Below are positions 13,998 to 27,472 of a DNA stretch of 64,000 nucleotides, piece after piece. The stretch's first letter is position 1, and each line of letters starts with the position of its first letter. Location of the stretch: assembly GCF_006345805.1 (NCBI RefSeq), contig NC_042999.1, positions 49,290,001-49,354,000 of the forward strand, read 5' to 3'. The translations under genes were made by a program, and so were the position numbers. The notes below the pieces were generated by a model, which did not search any database, was not told the origin of the DNA, and saw only the letters and a list, made by a program, of their open reading frames with translations. This stretch comes from Octopus sinensis. Lineage: Eukaryota.

Positions 13998-14202
13998 CTT
14001 TTACTTTTTTCAGTCATTTGAGTGCGGCCATGCTAAAGCAACGCCTTTAGTCGAGCAAATGGATCCCAGGACTTATTCTTTGTAAGCTTAGTACTTATTA
14101 TATCAGTATCTTTTGCCGAACCGCTGTTACGGGGGCGTAAACACACCACCATCGGTTGTCAAGTGATGTTGGGGGAACAAACACAGACACAAAACATACA
14201 CA

Positions 14203-14276
<74 letters not shown>

Positions 14277-14452
14277 CATATATTTACGACGGAATACTTT
14301 TAGTTTTCGTGTACCAAATCCATTCACAAGACTTTGGTCGGCCCGAGGCTATAGTAGAAGACACTTGCCCAATGTGCCATGCAATGGGACTAAACCTGGA
14401 ACCATGTGGTTGGAAAGCAAGCTACTTACCACACAGCCAGCCACTCCTACGC
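13998..14452 (-). mobile_element. tRNA-head SINE F1, near full length
   Basis: Same architecture as the 10.6 kb copy. Confidence 0.9.
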
Positions 14453-14990
14453 TGTATATTCTGTATATTTTTTTTAATATTTTCTATTAGTATTATTGTC
14501 ATTGCTTAATAAGATTTTTGTAATAACTTCTGGCACATCATGAAATATTCCTACTGATAATTCACCTCCTGGATTTCCTCTAACTATTGTTACTTTTTAT
14601 AGGCTAGAAGCAGTGTTCCAATCGCCATTGTTTTTAATTTAGCAATACAAGTGAGAAGTATCATGCAACACAGGTTGTACTATCAATTGATCATTAGTTA
14701 TAATCCCGAATGCATAATGTCGTACGTTATTGTGGGTGAGAAACTTTTGAACTTTTCATCTATTTGCTTGTTTTAAAATGTTTTCAATATGGAGAAATAG
14801 GAGGACGAGTGTAATGATAAACTAGAGCTCAGATAAATCGAAAGATGAAGATTGTTTCGATTGTTTTTTTGCTTGTGCAATGTTAGAATTGAGCTTTTGT
14901 GTCTATTTTTGTGTCTAAAAACATGTAAAAAATATGTAAATGTTGGCTCCGCCTTCGATTACAGTTTTATTCTAATTAAAAAATTATATA

Positions 14991-15542
14991 TTGGGTTGTC
15001 CGGAAAGTTCGTGCTGATTTAAAGTAGCTTACCTTTCGACTTATTTTAGAGCATGTTTGAGTCCATAAAATAGGATTTGACTACACCTCCAGTTTAAGCT
15101 ATCTTTTCATGGGAGAAGGTTTATGTTCCTATAACCTGTGCTAATTCTGTAACCTTTTAAAATGGAAGATAAGAAAATTCATTTTCGGCAAATGTTTTGG
15201 GAACCCGACAAAAATTGTTGCAGCTCGGCTGGGATGTGTTACCCCACCCTTCATATTCACCAGATATTGCGCCTTCGAATTATCACTTATTCAGGTATCT
15301 GCAGAATAGTCTTATTGGTAACAGTTTCAATTCCTTGAATGACGTAAAAAGATACCTTGATGAATTATTTGCCATGAAACCACCTCAATTCTGGGAAGTG
15401 GGTATTTTCAAGTTAAAGGAAAGATGGAGACGCATTGTGCAACAAAATGGTTCATATTAGGTTGATTAAAAATGTAATAGCAAGTATTTATTGACCTTTT
15501 TCTTTCCTTTAAAAATCGGCACAAACTTTCCGGACAACCCAA
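14991..15542 (+). mobile_element. Internally deleted mariner (552 bp), sister of 3049-3604
   Basis: TIR ttgggttgtccggaaagttcgtgctgat / atcggcacaaactttccggacaacccaa; TA on the left; HPSYSPDIAPSNYHLF motif. Confidence 0.9.
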
Positions 15543-16196
15543 TGTATGGTTTGGAAAGAAACTTATAGCCGAACAATTAATTTTTAGCAGAACCAAATTA
15601 CCCATGCTTACATTGTATTGAAAACTACATTATGTAAATTTGACAAAGACCGAAATTAAGCAACATGATGGATGTTTTGGAAGCATACGCGAAAGCATGA
15701 GACGTTGATTATGCAACAAATGTTCATCTAATGTTTTCTCTCTTATCAGGAGAAATGTAATAGTGAATAATAAATATATATACCGGAAATATGTCGTCTC
15801 TTTAATGTAATATGATCGTTTTATATGGATAAGATTTGATTACACTCGCTAATTACTTACATAACCCAGTTTCAGAGGAAATTACTAGCTGTATTAATAC
15901 TAATATTTTGGCAAATATTTAAACTAACAACTGTCTGTCTAGGCAAATATTGAAAGACATCAAATTAGATAGATACGTCAGTTTCATTTAACATACCTCT
16001 GCTGTTACTTCAAGAAGTATTTATTTCAGTTTGATATTAACTATTCATCGATATAGGACAATCAGTTGTGCAATGATTTCGCATATATATTTCTCATGTT
16101 ATCTAGATACTAAAACTGTGTTTAGAGAAGTCTTACCAGTCGCTTAATTTTAATTAATGAACTATTATGAATTAGTACCTATAAACGACAATAGTT

Positions 16197-16316
16197 CAAG
16201 ATAGGAAAAGTCCGAAAAGTGGTCCTTTGCTATTCGTAAGCCCCTCGGAAGAGAAAGCAGGTCAACCCACGACACCAAGAGAATCAACGGATGGATGAAT
16301 GCTCATCCAGGCTCAC
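16197..16316 (-). repeat. 120-bp inverted copy of the adjacent SINE tail
   Basis: Reverse complement of 16549-16668 with 4 mismatches. Confidence 0.9.
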
Positions 16317-16339
16317 CCTTATTCACAACAGCAACAGCA

Positions 16340-16695
16340 ATGGCCCAGTGGTTATGGCAGCGGACTCGCGGTCGGAGGATCGCGGTTTCGATTCCCAGAC
16401 CGGGCGTTGTGTGTGTTTATTGAGCGAAAACACCTAAAGCGCCACAAGGCTCCGGCAGGGTGTGGTGGCGATCCCAGTTATACTCTTCCGCTCCAACTTG
16501 CTCCCACTCTTTCTTCCTGCTTTTTGTCCCCGACTTCCTACGCAATCAGTGAGCCTGGATGAGCATTCATCCATCCGTCGATGCTCTTGGTGTCGTGGGT
16601 TGACCTGCTTTCTCTTCCGAGGAGCTTACGAATAGCAAAGGACCACGTTTCGGACTTTTCCTATCTTGCGAGCTCTGGAACGAAGACCGTTCGCT
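16340..16695 (+). mobile_element. tRNA-head SINE (head A, tail X)
   Basis: A box tggcccagtgg, B box ggtttcgattccc; flanked on both sides by caacagcaacagca. Confidence 0.85.
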
Positions 16696-17065
16696 CAACA
16701 GCAACAGCAGCAGCACACATACTCACATACAGATATGTGTTCGTGTATGTATGTGTGTGTGTACATGTGTGTGATGGTTGCTAGCCCATGTCCTTCTGCG
16801 CAGCTGCAGTGTAACGAGATGTACATCTGCTTCTCAGTTTCTTTTCCTATTCCTTCTAAGGAATTGCTCAAAAACTTAGTGTAAATGCGCAAATGAAAGA
16901 GAGTGCAAGGCAAATAAACGGGTCATCCGTGCTTAAAATACCTCCAGTAGAGTATAAAATTGAGGGTAATTTTCTCACATGAGCTAAATTATAAGCTTCC
17001 CTGCAAGAAATGGCACTAGGCTTCTTTATAAGAATTGATCATATCATATTAATTGATTCATAATA

Positions 17066-17254
17066 CGACGGTGTGCTGAAAAGGTCCTGGCTCTGGATAC
17101 AAGATAAGTTAATTATGATTTTATTCAACATTCACACGCATACTGCTGCTCTGCTTCAGATTTTCTAAGCCCTGTAAAGGAATACGGAATGTTGGGCCTC
17201 TACCCAGGCCTTTCGCGACACCCTCAAAGCCAGGAAATTTTCATCACCCTTTCG
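17066..17254. mobile_element. Mariner-type MITE (189 bp)
   Basis: TA|cgacggtgtgctgaaaaggtcctggct ... agccaggaaattttcatcaccctttcg|TA. Confidence 0.8.
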
Positions 17255-17682
17255 TAGAACTGTGTTTGCAGCCCCTTACTTTGACACATCGCTAAAATTT
17301 TTTGATCAGCTTACCAAGGCCATTGGTACATACTAAGGTGCAGATAGTTCATGTTTGGACATAGTATGAAAAGACGACAGATGCAGACAGAGTGCTGTAA
17401 ATCAGGTCAGATTAAATAGTTGGATGTATTTAAACATAATGCATCCTAAATTTGCGATTTGGACAATAAATGCTGATAACCGATGACAGCAGGAACCACA
17501 GATGAAAAATTGCGCACTCTCAATGTTTGTTATAAGTGAAAATCAAAGTAAAGATAACTACATTTAAGCAATAATGAAAAACAAAGAAACCATAGGTTAA
17601 ACTATAATGATATTTAAATACCAGTCATTAATAAACATATTAAAAAATATCTCTAGTTGGTCTCATGATATATTTCCATTCA

Positions 17683-18300
17683 TCCTGCGGAAGCAACCTA
17701 AGATCCTGCGGAAGCAACCTAAATATGTTTCTACACGCTGCATCATGAAACTTACTCCTCTGTTGGCTTTAATCGGTCCTCATTTTCGATCTGCATTTTT
17801 GCTAATAATATCAATGTAGCTTAGTGGTCTCTGTCGTCTATGAGGGTAGTGAAGTCTACATAACATAACATTCTCCAAGGCTTGTTGTTTTGTACGATAG
17901 CAGAGACAAGCAAATCCTCCATCACGTTGCGTAAGATAGCACAGATCAGAGTAATTTGTCTGTTATTCTCCTTTTTTGGTCTTATGCTCACGCCATACTA
18001 TGCGATGCTATGGGCGGTTATACAAAGACAGCCATAAATACCATAGTGCAATTTTCGTCATCATAGAAAAGAATACTCTCTCCATATACCATGATGGAAG
18101 AAAACTAGATTCGTTCACTTTGAACAGCTTGATTGCCAGATGTTTTGAAGCTTTTTACAGGCGCTCGATGCTTATTGCTTATAACGAAGTATTATTTCTT
18201 TTAAGAAACGTAGGAATTGGGGCAGAGGAGATTCGAGACTTACTTGCGTTTTGTACCAGGTATGGAAGAAATTGGCAACATGTTTTCTTTCATAGTAACA
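17683..18300 (-). mobile_element. RTE-clade LINE 3' fragment, decayed
   Basis: Frameshifted peptides ASSACKKLQNIWQS, ESILFYDDENCT and GFACLCYRTKQQALENVMLCRL..RRQRPLSYIDII match the RTE post-RT region; 21-bp tandem repeat at the tail end. Confidence 0.75.
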
Positions 18301-19257
18301 AAAATTTAGGAAGGGAAATATAAATTTAGAATAGATTAATAGATATTTCGAGAAGATTTCTATCATTGTTGTAAGTTTGATTTTTCCAAGAGTTATAAAT
18401 ATTCATGATCAGGTGCTAAAAACACAAGTTGTTGGAAAGTTGTTGGAAAGTTTATATGTTACTTTTGATACGTTTCCACTATTTATACCACTTGCTAGTT
18501 TAAAATATGGTGCAAGTTTCCTACATGTACTTTCACTTTGCTTAAGCTGATAATGCTCATGGCAAAAGAATGAACGCACAACATGCCATTGTTAAAAAAA
18601 CAAAAACATTAAAAATATTGCGCGTATGCACCTTGTCAAAAGGAAAGCACTATGCATATCCAGTAGAAATAACTCAACAAAAACAAAATCAAGAACAAAA
18701 AATAAAACAACAGAAGTAGCAATACTTTATTTTACATGATTAAAGAAATCAATTGTGTAACTGCCGTTTGATGCGAATTTTCAACGAAATAATTAACATT
18801 TTACCCCCCTTAATTTGACTACATTAAGAAATAATTTATGCTTGGTTGAATAAATTTTCTGCTGGACAAGCATGAATGCAGTTACCCATATCTCATAGGC
18901 TATCAGAAAGAGCCAGAGTAATAAGCTCGTTATTTCTATGATTATATGTGGTTGGCATTTTTCTATCAAGTACGGTGATTGTTTCGGACCATAGGTGATA
19001 TAACGATTCCTTAACTTGTATGCTCGACATATCAAATTGTTAATTAGCCACACAAAACTGATAACACTTCAGTAGCCTAACGGATATAATTCATAGCAAA
19101 TTAAAGGAATTTTCACTAAGCTCACATCGTACAATTCACCAAGAATAAAAACAGTTTAAACAGTTAAAATGAATAGTGGCTATCGATTATTTATTGCTAA
19201 TAACAAAAACAAGCAAATTATTCTGAGGTTCTGATTTCCAGTCTTTTTCATTGACCC

Positions 19258-19316
<59 letters not shown>

Positions 19317-19317
19317 C

Positions 19318-19373
<56 letters not shown>

Positions 19374-19400
19374 TATATGTATATACACACACACACACAC

Positions 19401-19504
<104 letters not shown>

Positions 19505-20234
19505 ATATATAATACTAAGATTCAGCGGAGTAATTATGTTCTATTTTCTTGACATTACCTCTGCGCTGGAACAGAGCCAACAAGCCAAGAATATATAATT
19601 GTTTTATTAATGTCCAGGATGGCGTGTAAATATACTTACATTCATATGTGTGTGCGTGTCTGTGTTTATATGTGGATTTACATACATATAGAAAGACAAA
19701 CGGACAATTGTACAGCGTTTCGTCCGTCTCTACGTTCTCTGTTCAAATGCAGCCAAATTCAACTTTATCTTTCATCCTTTCGGAGTCGTTAAAATGAGTA
19801 CCAGTTAAGCACTTTCTGGCCTTGTGCTAAAATTTTAAACCGATATTTCGGAGTTTTCTCTCTCATTATGACTAATATAAATTATCCGGATAACAATTTA
19901 TTCTCTTTATTAATTATATAATCTTAATTAAATTCAATTTCTTGACACTCCAAATTAAGTGTGTCTGCTCCTCATTTACTATAATTTTTTTATGTATAAA
20001 TATTGATCTTGTAAATAAAACAAATAGGAAATCAAATCGGACATACACAAAAATAACTAAATCATTAAGGAGGTGAATAACATAAACATAGTTTTCCTCT
20101 TTATGTGATCAGTGTTTTGATGTACAACTAACTAATATCTATAAATAACGTCAGATTAGAAAGGAGTATTGTATATTAGACACCAAAACACAGAATCTCT
20201 TGTTTTGTCCATATGTGTATGAGTATAATACTAT

Positions 20235-20571
20235 AGCAAAAGGAGCACTCCGTCGGTTGCGACGACGAAGGTCCCAGCTGATACGATCAACGGAACAGCT
20301 TGCTCTTGAAATTGACGTGCAAGTGGCTGAGCACTCCACAAACACGTGTATCCTTAACGTGGTTCTCTGGGAGATTCCGCGTGACACAGAGTGTGACATG
20401 GCTGACCCTTTGAAATACAGGTACTACTCATTTTTGCCAGCTGAGTGGGTGGACTGGAGCAACGTGAAATAAAGTGTCTTGCTGAAGGACACAACGCGTC
20501 GCTGAGAATTGAACTCACGATCTTACGATCATGAGCCGAATGTCCCTAACCACTAAGCCACGCGCCTTCAC
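20235..20571 (-). mobile_element. tRNA-head SINE (head B, tail W)
   Basis: Head gtgaaggcgcgtggcttagtggttagg, B box gagttcaattctc, core gtgtccttcagcaagacactttatttcacg. Confidence 0.85.
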
Positions 20572-23100
20572 TACTATGGCCTATATTTTCATGTAAAAGA
20601 TTTCATCACAATTATAAAACTAGCTCATCAACATGTTACACTGTAAACAGAGCTGGTTCGTTTGCCTAATAATCCTTTCTACTGTGCATATAACGTCTGA
20701 CATTTTGGTTAAGTCGATTACATCGACGCCAGGACTCAACTAATACTTTATCGACTCCAAAAGGATTAAATGCAAATGCAACCTCGACGGAATGTGAACT
20801 CAGAATGTAAAGACAGACGAAATGCTGCTCCGTATTTTGTCAGGTTTGTCTACAATTCTGCGAGCTCGCTGCCTTTGCTTACTTTATGGCATCAAAATAA
20901 ATGTTTAAAATTATACCTTTCAAATGACATAAAATGGGACTTTTAATTATGGTTGTACTTATTTACGAATAAAGAAAATAGATTAGGGATCCTGGATCAA
21001 ATGGTTTGTCATGCAAAATTAAATCAACTGGATAACATGTAGCCCCAAATACTGCATTGATTGAATATTTTAAATGAGCAAAATTTTACCATTATTCTGT
21101 TTTACATAAAAAACAATATTCAATATTCTAATTTAAAATGTAACTTGGTAGTAATAAAATGTAGATAATGTAATGATATAACAAATAACAATTTTAGATA
21201 GTATGGATTGGTTCCCCATCAGAGAACTTTGTTGTTGATTGTGAGACGATAGAATAGCAAATTAAATTGTATAAAAATGTTACATCCCTTTTTTCTTAGG
21301 ATATGGGACTAGCGACATGTTTAACTTATTTCACTTCATATAAAATGTTCCCCGCTCCTTACATATATCTATACATGTATATTTTCATAAGAAATGTTAA
21401 GATGTATCTTAACCTTCTCATTTTGTTACATTTAAGTTCTTTTCATGTAAACTGAGTCGGTGGAAATCTTAGTATGATTCTCACTAGCCGCTAGTTTAAT
21501 TTACAGAGCTCTAAAAGAGAGAATTAAAATATTGTTAAATTCTATCTGCATCAGCACTATAAAAACGGTAGAGTGTCTCTTAATTTGCAATGCAAATATA
21601 ATCCTTTATATTGTTAAATATGGAGCAAGAACAATCACATTCATAATTATGAGATATTAATCAAGACATCATTAATTAAAGATCCAACAGCCAGCAAAAC
21701 ATTTCCATCTTATCATTTCATTACATCCTCATAATAACTTTATTTACTGAAAAGAGTTGTGTTTTTAGACAAATGCAAAATGTAATGGACGCACAACGAA
21801 GACGTTCAGGACACCGGAGGTTCTTTGTGTCTGTAACCAAGACGAAAACTGAAGAATAACCCAAGGCAGCCTCCCTAAATTTAGAGTATGACAAGGTAAA
21901 ATAATTCTTAAAAAAATGTGACAGTTTGTTAACTTGCCATTTAATGTAGTTTGCACACAGAGGACAAAAACTCAACATTATATATTCAGTATTCCACCAT
22001 TTTTACTGATTAGGCAGAACGAAACTACAAATGCGCTGCAATTTCTATTCAAAATCATCTTCCCACATATTTCTGTCTCGTAGAATTCAATGTACCCAAT
22101 AATTTAAAATTTTAATAGTAATTTACCATTAAGCTGAGAAAACTAATGGCTTCACTTATAAACTGTAAATGACTTTACTGAAGCAAAGTGTGGGATGGTT
22201 AATATTTCATAGAAAAATGCTGAAAGTTTAATAATTGCTATAGAGATTGCCTTAATATTCTTTCGTTTCTGGGATATTGCGTTATAAATGTTTAATAAAT
22301 TTCGGTTTCATTTTTTTTCATTGGATATTTTGATTCCCTTTATATTAAATGAAATTTTGAAGTCTTTTACAATAATGTGTATTAACAAGTTAAATATTTT
22401 ATTAATGAAAACTTAATAAACATTTCATTAAATCATGTCTGGAGAATTTCCAGTTTCTAACAAATGTCTGACATAGAACACTATATACTAACATGCAATT
22501 GTGGATAGGGCTATAAAAATATTGTAAGATATATTCAAAAGATAAAATAAAAATTTAAATTGACTAAATAATTAATCGATCGATAAAAAATTATTCAGTT
22601 CTTTTTTTAAGTTTTCAAATGTATTTTAATGCAGAGCAATAGCAATTGCTCTTACAGCATCCACAAAATAAAACTATTCTACAAATTGCACTGAAATAAT
22701 TGCTAAAAATAAAAATAAAAATCTAGGCTTTCACTTTTAATCCTGATTCACAAGACTAACGATAAAAAAGAAGCATACTGTAAGTGGAAAACTAAATATG
22801 GAATTCATTCAGACTAAAGGTAAAACTTCAAATTATGCTAAGACATAATTTTTTTATAGATATTTCCATACACACATTATATCAAATGATCACGGGTTAC
22901 AATTTTTTTTCTATTCAAACAAAAGTAGTGCAAATAGTATAGCATTCATGCATCGTCGCGTCACAGTATTAAACAGTAAAAATATGAATCAAAAGAATGA
23001 TAACAAAGATTATTTAGTCTGCGTCTGTCGTACATAAACATCGAACACATGTCGTTTGTGTATTTATGTAGTTGAAATATATAAAAAATATAATAAATAA

Positions 23101-23330
23101 ATGTGCCCCTTTAAAGCCTATCCAGGCTCATAGGCCCGGTTTCCCGGTTTCAATGCCGTATGTGTTCCCCAGCTGGACGGGACGCCAGTCCATCGCAGCT
23201 GAGTGGACTGGACCAACGTGAAATGAAGTGTTTTGCTCAAGAATACAACCCGTCGCACGGTCCAGGAATCGAATCCACAATCTTACGATCATGGTGCTGA
23301 CACCCTAACCACTAAGCCACACGCCTCCAC
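23101..23330 (-). mobile_element. tRNA-head SINE (head B, tail Z)
   Basis: Head gtggaggcgtgtggcttagtgg; tail gaaaccgggaaaccgggcctatgagcctgg...aaaggggcacat. Confidence 0.85.
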
Positions 23331-24139
23331 AGTTGAATTATATACTGTTCATAAATATTGGTTTCAATTTCGACACATCAGCAGCAATTTCGAGGGCAGC
23401 GTAAGTCGTTTCTATCGACCCAGAGTTTAACTGGTTTTATTTTATCGACCTCGAACGAATAAAAGGCAAGTCGACTCAAAATAAAGTGGAAAGAAATGCG
23501 CTGAGCATTTTGTCCGGCGTAGTAGCAACTTTTGTCAACGCACCGTCTTAAACTGACTCAAAATTTCTACTTCATTTGTTGGCACAACATTAGCAATTTC
23601 ATGTTAGGCGTTAATCGCAGCTGCTACTTATTTTATCGACCTCGAAAGCATTATAAGTAAAGTCAACCACAGCGGCATTACTGGCATTAAATATTAAATA
23701 TCATAAGACGAGAGGCTGTTTCCTCAATTTTTTTTTTAAGAATTTAACGAAAATCAATCAGCTTTAAAGGGGTTCGAAAATAGCATAAGGTAAAAAAATA
23801 ACTTCTCTCATTTGCTGCTTGCCTCACCATATATATATATAAACATACACATATAAAAATACATGCATATATACATACATACATACATAAGAGAGTATTG
23901 TAGTTCGCTGGAAGCTCCCTACACGCACAATGGTAACATGCTCATATAGCAAAATATATAAAAATGCACATATAATATATAACATAGAAACAGTCTAACG
24001 AATATGCCAACACACCCAAGCTCAAGATATTAACTTCTCTCACACACTTCTCATGGGGGATTCTGGAAAGAAATTCGTGGGATTTCAGTAACCGACATTA
24101 ACAGTGACTCCGTTATTTCCTAGCAATCTCGAAATATTC

Positions 24140-24510
24140 CTTTCTACTCTAGGCACAAGACCCGATATTTTAGGAGAGGGAACCAGTCGATTAGATCGAC
24201 CTCAGTGCAAAACTGGCACTTACTTTATCGACACCGAAAAGATGAAACACAAAGTTGACCTCCGCGGAATTTGAACTCAGAGCATTAAGACAGATGAAAT
24301 GCATATTTCTTTACTATCCACAAGGGGCTAAACACAGAGAGGACAAACAAGGACAGACAAACGGATTAAGTCGATTACATCGACCGCAGTACGTAACTGG
24401 TACTTATTTAATCGATCCCGAAAGGATGAAAGGCAAAGTCGACCTCGGTGGAATTTGAACTCAGAACGTAACGGCAGACGAAATACGGCTACACATTTCG
24501 CCCGGCGTGC
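24140..24510 (-). mobile_element. Two tandem copies of SINE-like family F2
   Basis: Core gagttcaaattccgccgaggtcgactttgcctttcatcctttcggg; also at 30952-31160, 37700-38125, 48664-48880 and 55345-55560. Confidence 0.8.
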
Positions 24511-25122
24511 ACTGAAAGTGACAGAAAATTGAGCACAGAATCTACAAATTTTGCTAAGAGCTTGGAGATACCTACTGAAAGGCCTACACAAAGTTTTCAA
24601 AAGGTTTTCATCGTTCTCTACACAATCACGGAGAATTTGTGCAACTGAAACACGACAGACACGTGTCTCATATCAAAATCTTCAGTGATAATGGAATGAA
24701 TTGAACCGAAACTAACCTGCACATCCTCTGATACCTCACGGATGGTGATTCGACGATTTCCCCTCATAGATGCACGCACAACTACGAGGTTTTTCGCAGT
24801 TCTGCTGGTTGCAGGTCTCCCAGACCGTTCGTCAATATCGACATTTTTTCGACCATCTTGGAAACGTCTGTACCACTCACACACTTGTATGCGGCTCATA
24901 CTCTCCTCTCGATGCACCTTCTTCAACTTTCCGAAGGTCTCTGAGCAGATATCGCACCTTCATTCCAAATACTGCTATAAATAGCGGAAGTGAGCTAGAA
25001 CGTTAAAAATTAGTGCGCAGGTACAACAGCGTTCAGGATCGGTCTTTTTCAAGCGGCTGTAGTCTGCGTGCCATAGCACCCTTACTATGGCAACAGTCTG
25101 GATACCTGTTGATCAGACTTCG
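24511..25122 (-). mobile_element. Mariner 5' half (TIR + HTH region)
   Basis: TA|cgaagtctgatcaaca end; MSRIQVCEWYRRFQDGRKNVDIDERSGRP and RRITIREVSE HTH motifs. Confidence 0.85.
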
Positions 25123-25946
25123 TATATGATTTATACAACGAGCCTTCTGCAGTTTCAGTTCACCAAATCAAATTACAAGGCTTTGGCCGATCTAGGGTTA
25201 CATGATGAGTCACTTTCCCAAGGTGCTACGCAGTGAAACTGAACCCGGAACCACATGTTTGGGAAGCAAGCTTCTTACCACATAGTCACGCCTGAAATAT
25301 CTACGTGAATTTTAAAAAATTCGTAGAATTCCGTAATTATTGATTAAACAAGAAAGTTTTCTTTTTCGTAAATTTAATTAAACTATAAATATTCAATATT
25401 TTTACATTTACTACAAATGAAATAGTGTTTTATTGCAGATATAAATAGATTCATTGTTGGCAACGAAGATAGAATATACGATATTTTGCTATTCTAAATT
25501 AATTACAAAAACAAATATAGAAAACGGCGTTAGAATTTGCTCTTTAAAATTAGCCTCCGGAATAGTTCAGATTCCAAGATAAATCTTTGTAAATGCGTAA
25601 ATGCATGGAAAAATATAATACGAATATAGATACGAAATATTACTAGTTAATATGCAAGTCTGATAAACACCAGGAATACATAATGTAACTGTATTATACA
25701 TGTGCACACAAATAAGAAGGAAACGATAAAAATATATCTGCACTGAAGTTTTATTCATCTTAGTTAATGAAACTAACTATTTTCATCTTTTGCGGCATTT
25801 AATTTACTCTTTTAGTTCTCACACAAAGCACACACAAATGTGCAAACATATACACCTACTGCCACTTGCACATGCACACGCACGTGTATGTATATATATA
25901 TATACACACACATACATACAGAAACGGACATATATATTTATATGTT

Positions 25947-26254
25947 GTGGAGGCGCAATGGCCCACTGGTTAGGGCAGCGGACTCGCGGTCGTAGGATCG
26001 CGGTTTCGATTCCCAGACCGGGCGTTGTGAGTGTTTATTGAGCGAAAATACCTAAAAGCTCCACGAGGCTCCAGCAGGGGGTGGTGATCCCTGCTGTACT
26101 CTTTCACCACTCTTTCTTTCATTCTTTCTTCTGTTGGCCTGCTCGCTTAGCCAGCGGTGTGGCATCATTCGAAGGCTAAAACAATGCGAAGTGCATTGTG
26201 ACCAGCGATGTGTAACAACATTTGATGGTCTGGTCGGTCACGTGATCACGTGAT
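25947..26254 (+). mobile_element. tRNA-head SINE (head A, tail Y)
   Basis: Head gtggaggcgcaatggcccactggttagggcagcgg; ends ggtcacgtgatcacgtgat. Confidence 0.85.
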
Positions 26255-26373
26255 ATTTATATATGTATATATGGATATAAGTATATATGTATATGTATTT
26301 GTGTATATATATATATATACAAATAAATGTTTCTGTCTGCGTGTATCTGTATGTGTGTGTGTGTGCGTGTATC

Positions 26374-26664
26374 TTTTATCTACTCTTTTACTCTTTTATT
26401 TGTTTCAGTCATTTGACTGCGGCCATGCAGGAGCACCGCCTGTAGTCGAAGAATTCGACACCAGGACTTATTGTTTGTAAGCCTAGTACTCATTCTATCG
26501 GTCACTTCTGCCGAACCGCTAAGTTACGGGGACGTAAACACACCAGCATCGGTTGTCAAGAGATGCTGGGGGACAAACACAGACGCACAAACATACACAC
26601 ACACATGCATACATACATACACATATATATATATACATATATATATATATGTGTGTGTGTATAT

Positions 26665-26706
<42 letters not shown>

Positions 26707-26873
26707 TATATTATACGACAGGCTTATTTCAGTTTCCGTCAACCAAATCCACTCACAAGGCTTTGGTCGGCCCGAGGCTATAGTAGAAGACACTTGCCAG
26801 GGTGCCACGCAGTGGGATTGAACCCGGAACAATGTGGATAGTAAGCAAGCTACTTACCACACACCCACTCCTG
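26374..26873 (-). mobile_element. tRNA-head SINE F1, near full length
   Basis: Same architecture as the other F1 copies. Confidence 0.9.
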
Positions 26874-27436
26874 TTTTTCCTTTATCATTTACTTGTTTCA
26901 ATCATTCGATTGCGGCAATGCTGGAGTACCACCTTGAATTTTTAGTTTAATTAATCGACCTCAGCACTCATTTTTTAATCCTTGTACGAAATCTATTGAT
27001 CGCTTTTGCCGAATCGATAAGTTACGGAGGTGCAAGCACACCAACATCGGTTGTCAAGCGGTGGTGGTGGGACAAATACAGACAGAAAAACAGTTACATA
27101 TAGATATACTTGTATATATATATATAACCTAGTGAGCGCTAAATATGTGGAAGACACGGAAATGGAAAAAATGAAATTAAACCTGTCGCTTAAGCTTATC
27201 CCTCTTACCAACAAAATGAGTACGTGGAAATTATTATTCACGCTACAAGCGAATTGATTCCACAGATTCGATGGAAAGCATGTATGTATGTACAGAATTG
27301 AATGTTGAGAAAAAAAAGTAGTCAGAATTTTGGAAAAAATCCTTTAAGTTGAAATTTAGAGGAAAACATAAGACGAAGACAGATGTATGAACAACAAGCA
27401 AGTGTATTAGTTTAACGCTCGGGAAAATGAGAATGT

Positions 27437-27472
27437 CTTTCACGTTTCGAGCCTACGCTCTTCAACAGAAAG
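27437..27472 (-). ncRNA. Degenerate minimal HHR-like motif (CUGUUGA core)
   Basis: cttt CUGUUGA A gagc gtag gctc GAAA CGU G aaag; position 17 is G. Confidence 0.45.

Noticed and set aside
16625-16672. HHR-like GGA-AAAG-UCC GAAA C-GUG-GUC on the minus strand of SINE tail X
   Set aside because: Only three nucleotides (AUA) lie where CUGANGA is required, so it is not a hammerhead as it stands.
17976-18323. 115-aa plus-strand ORF that looks globular
   Set aside because: It is the antisense frame of the decayed RTE element.
20200-20472. 90-aa ORF
   Set aside because: Antisense to a SINE (head B, tail W).
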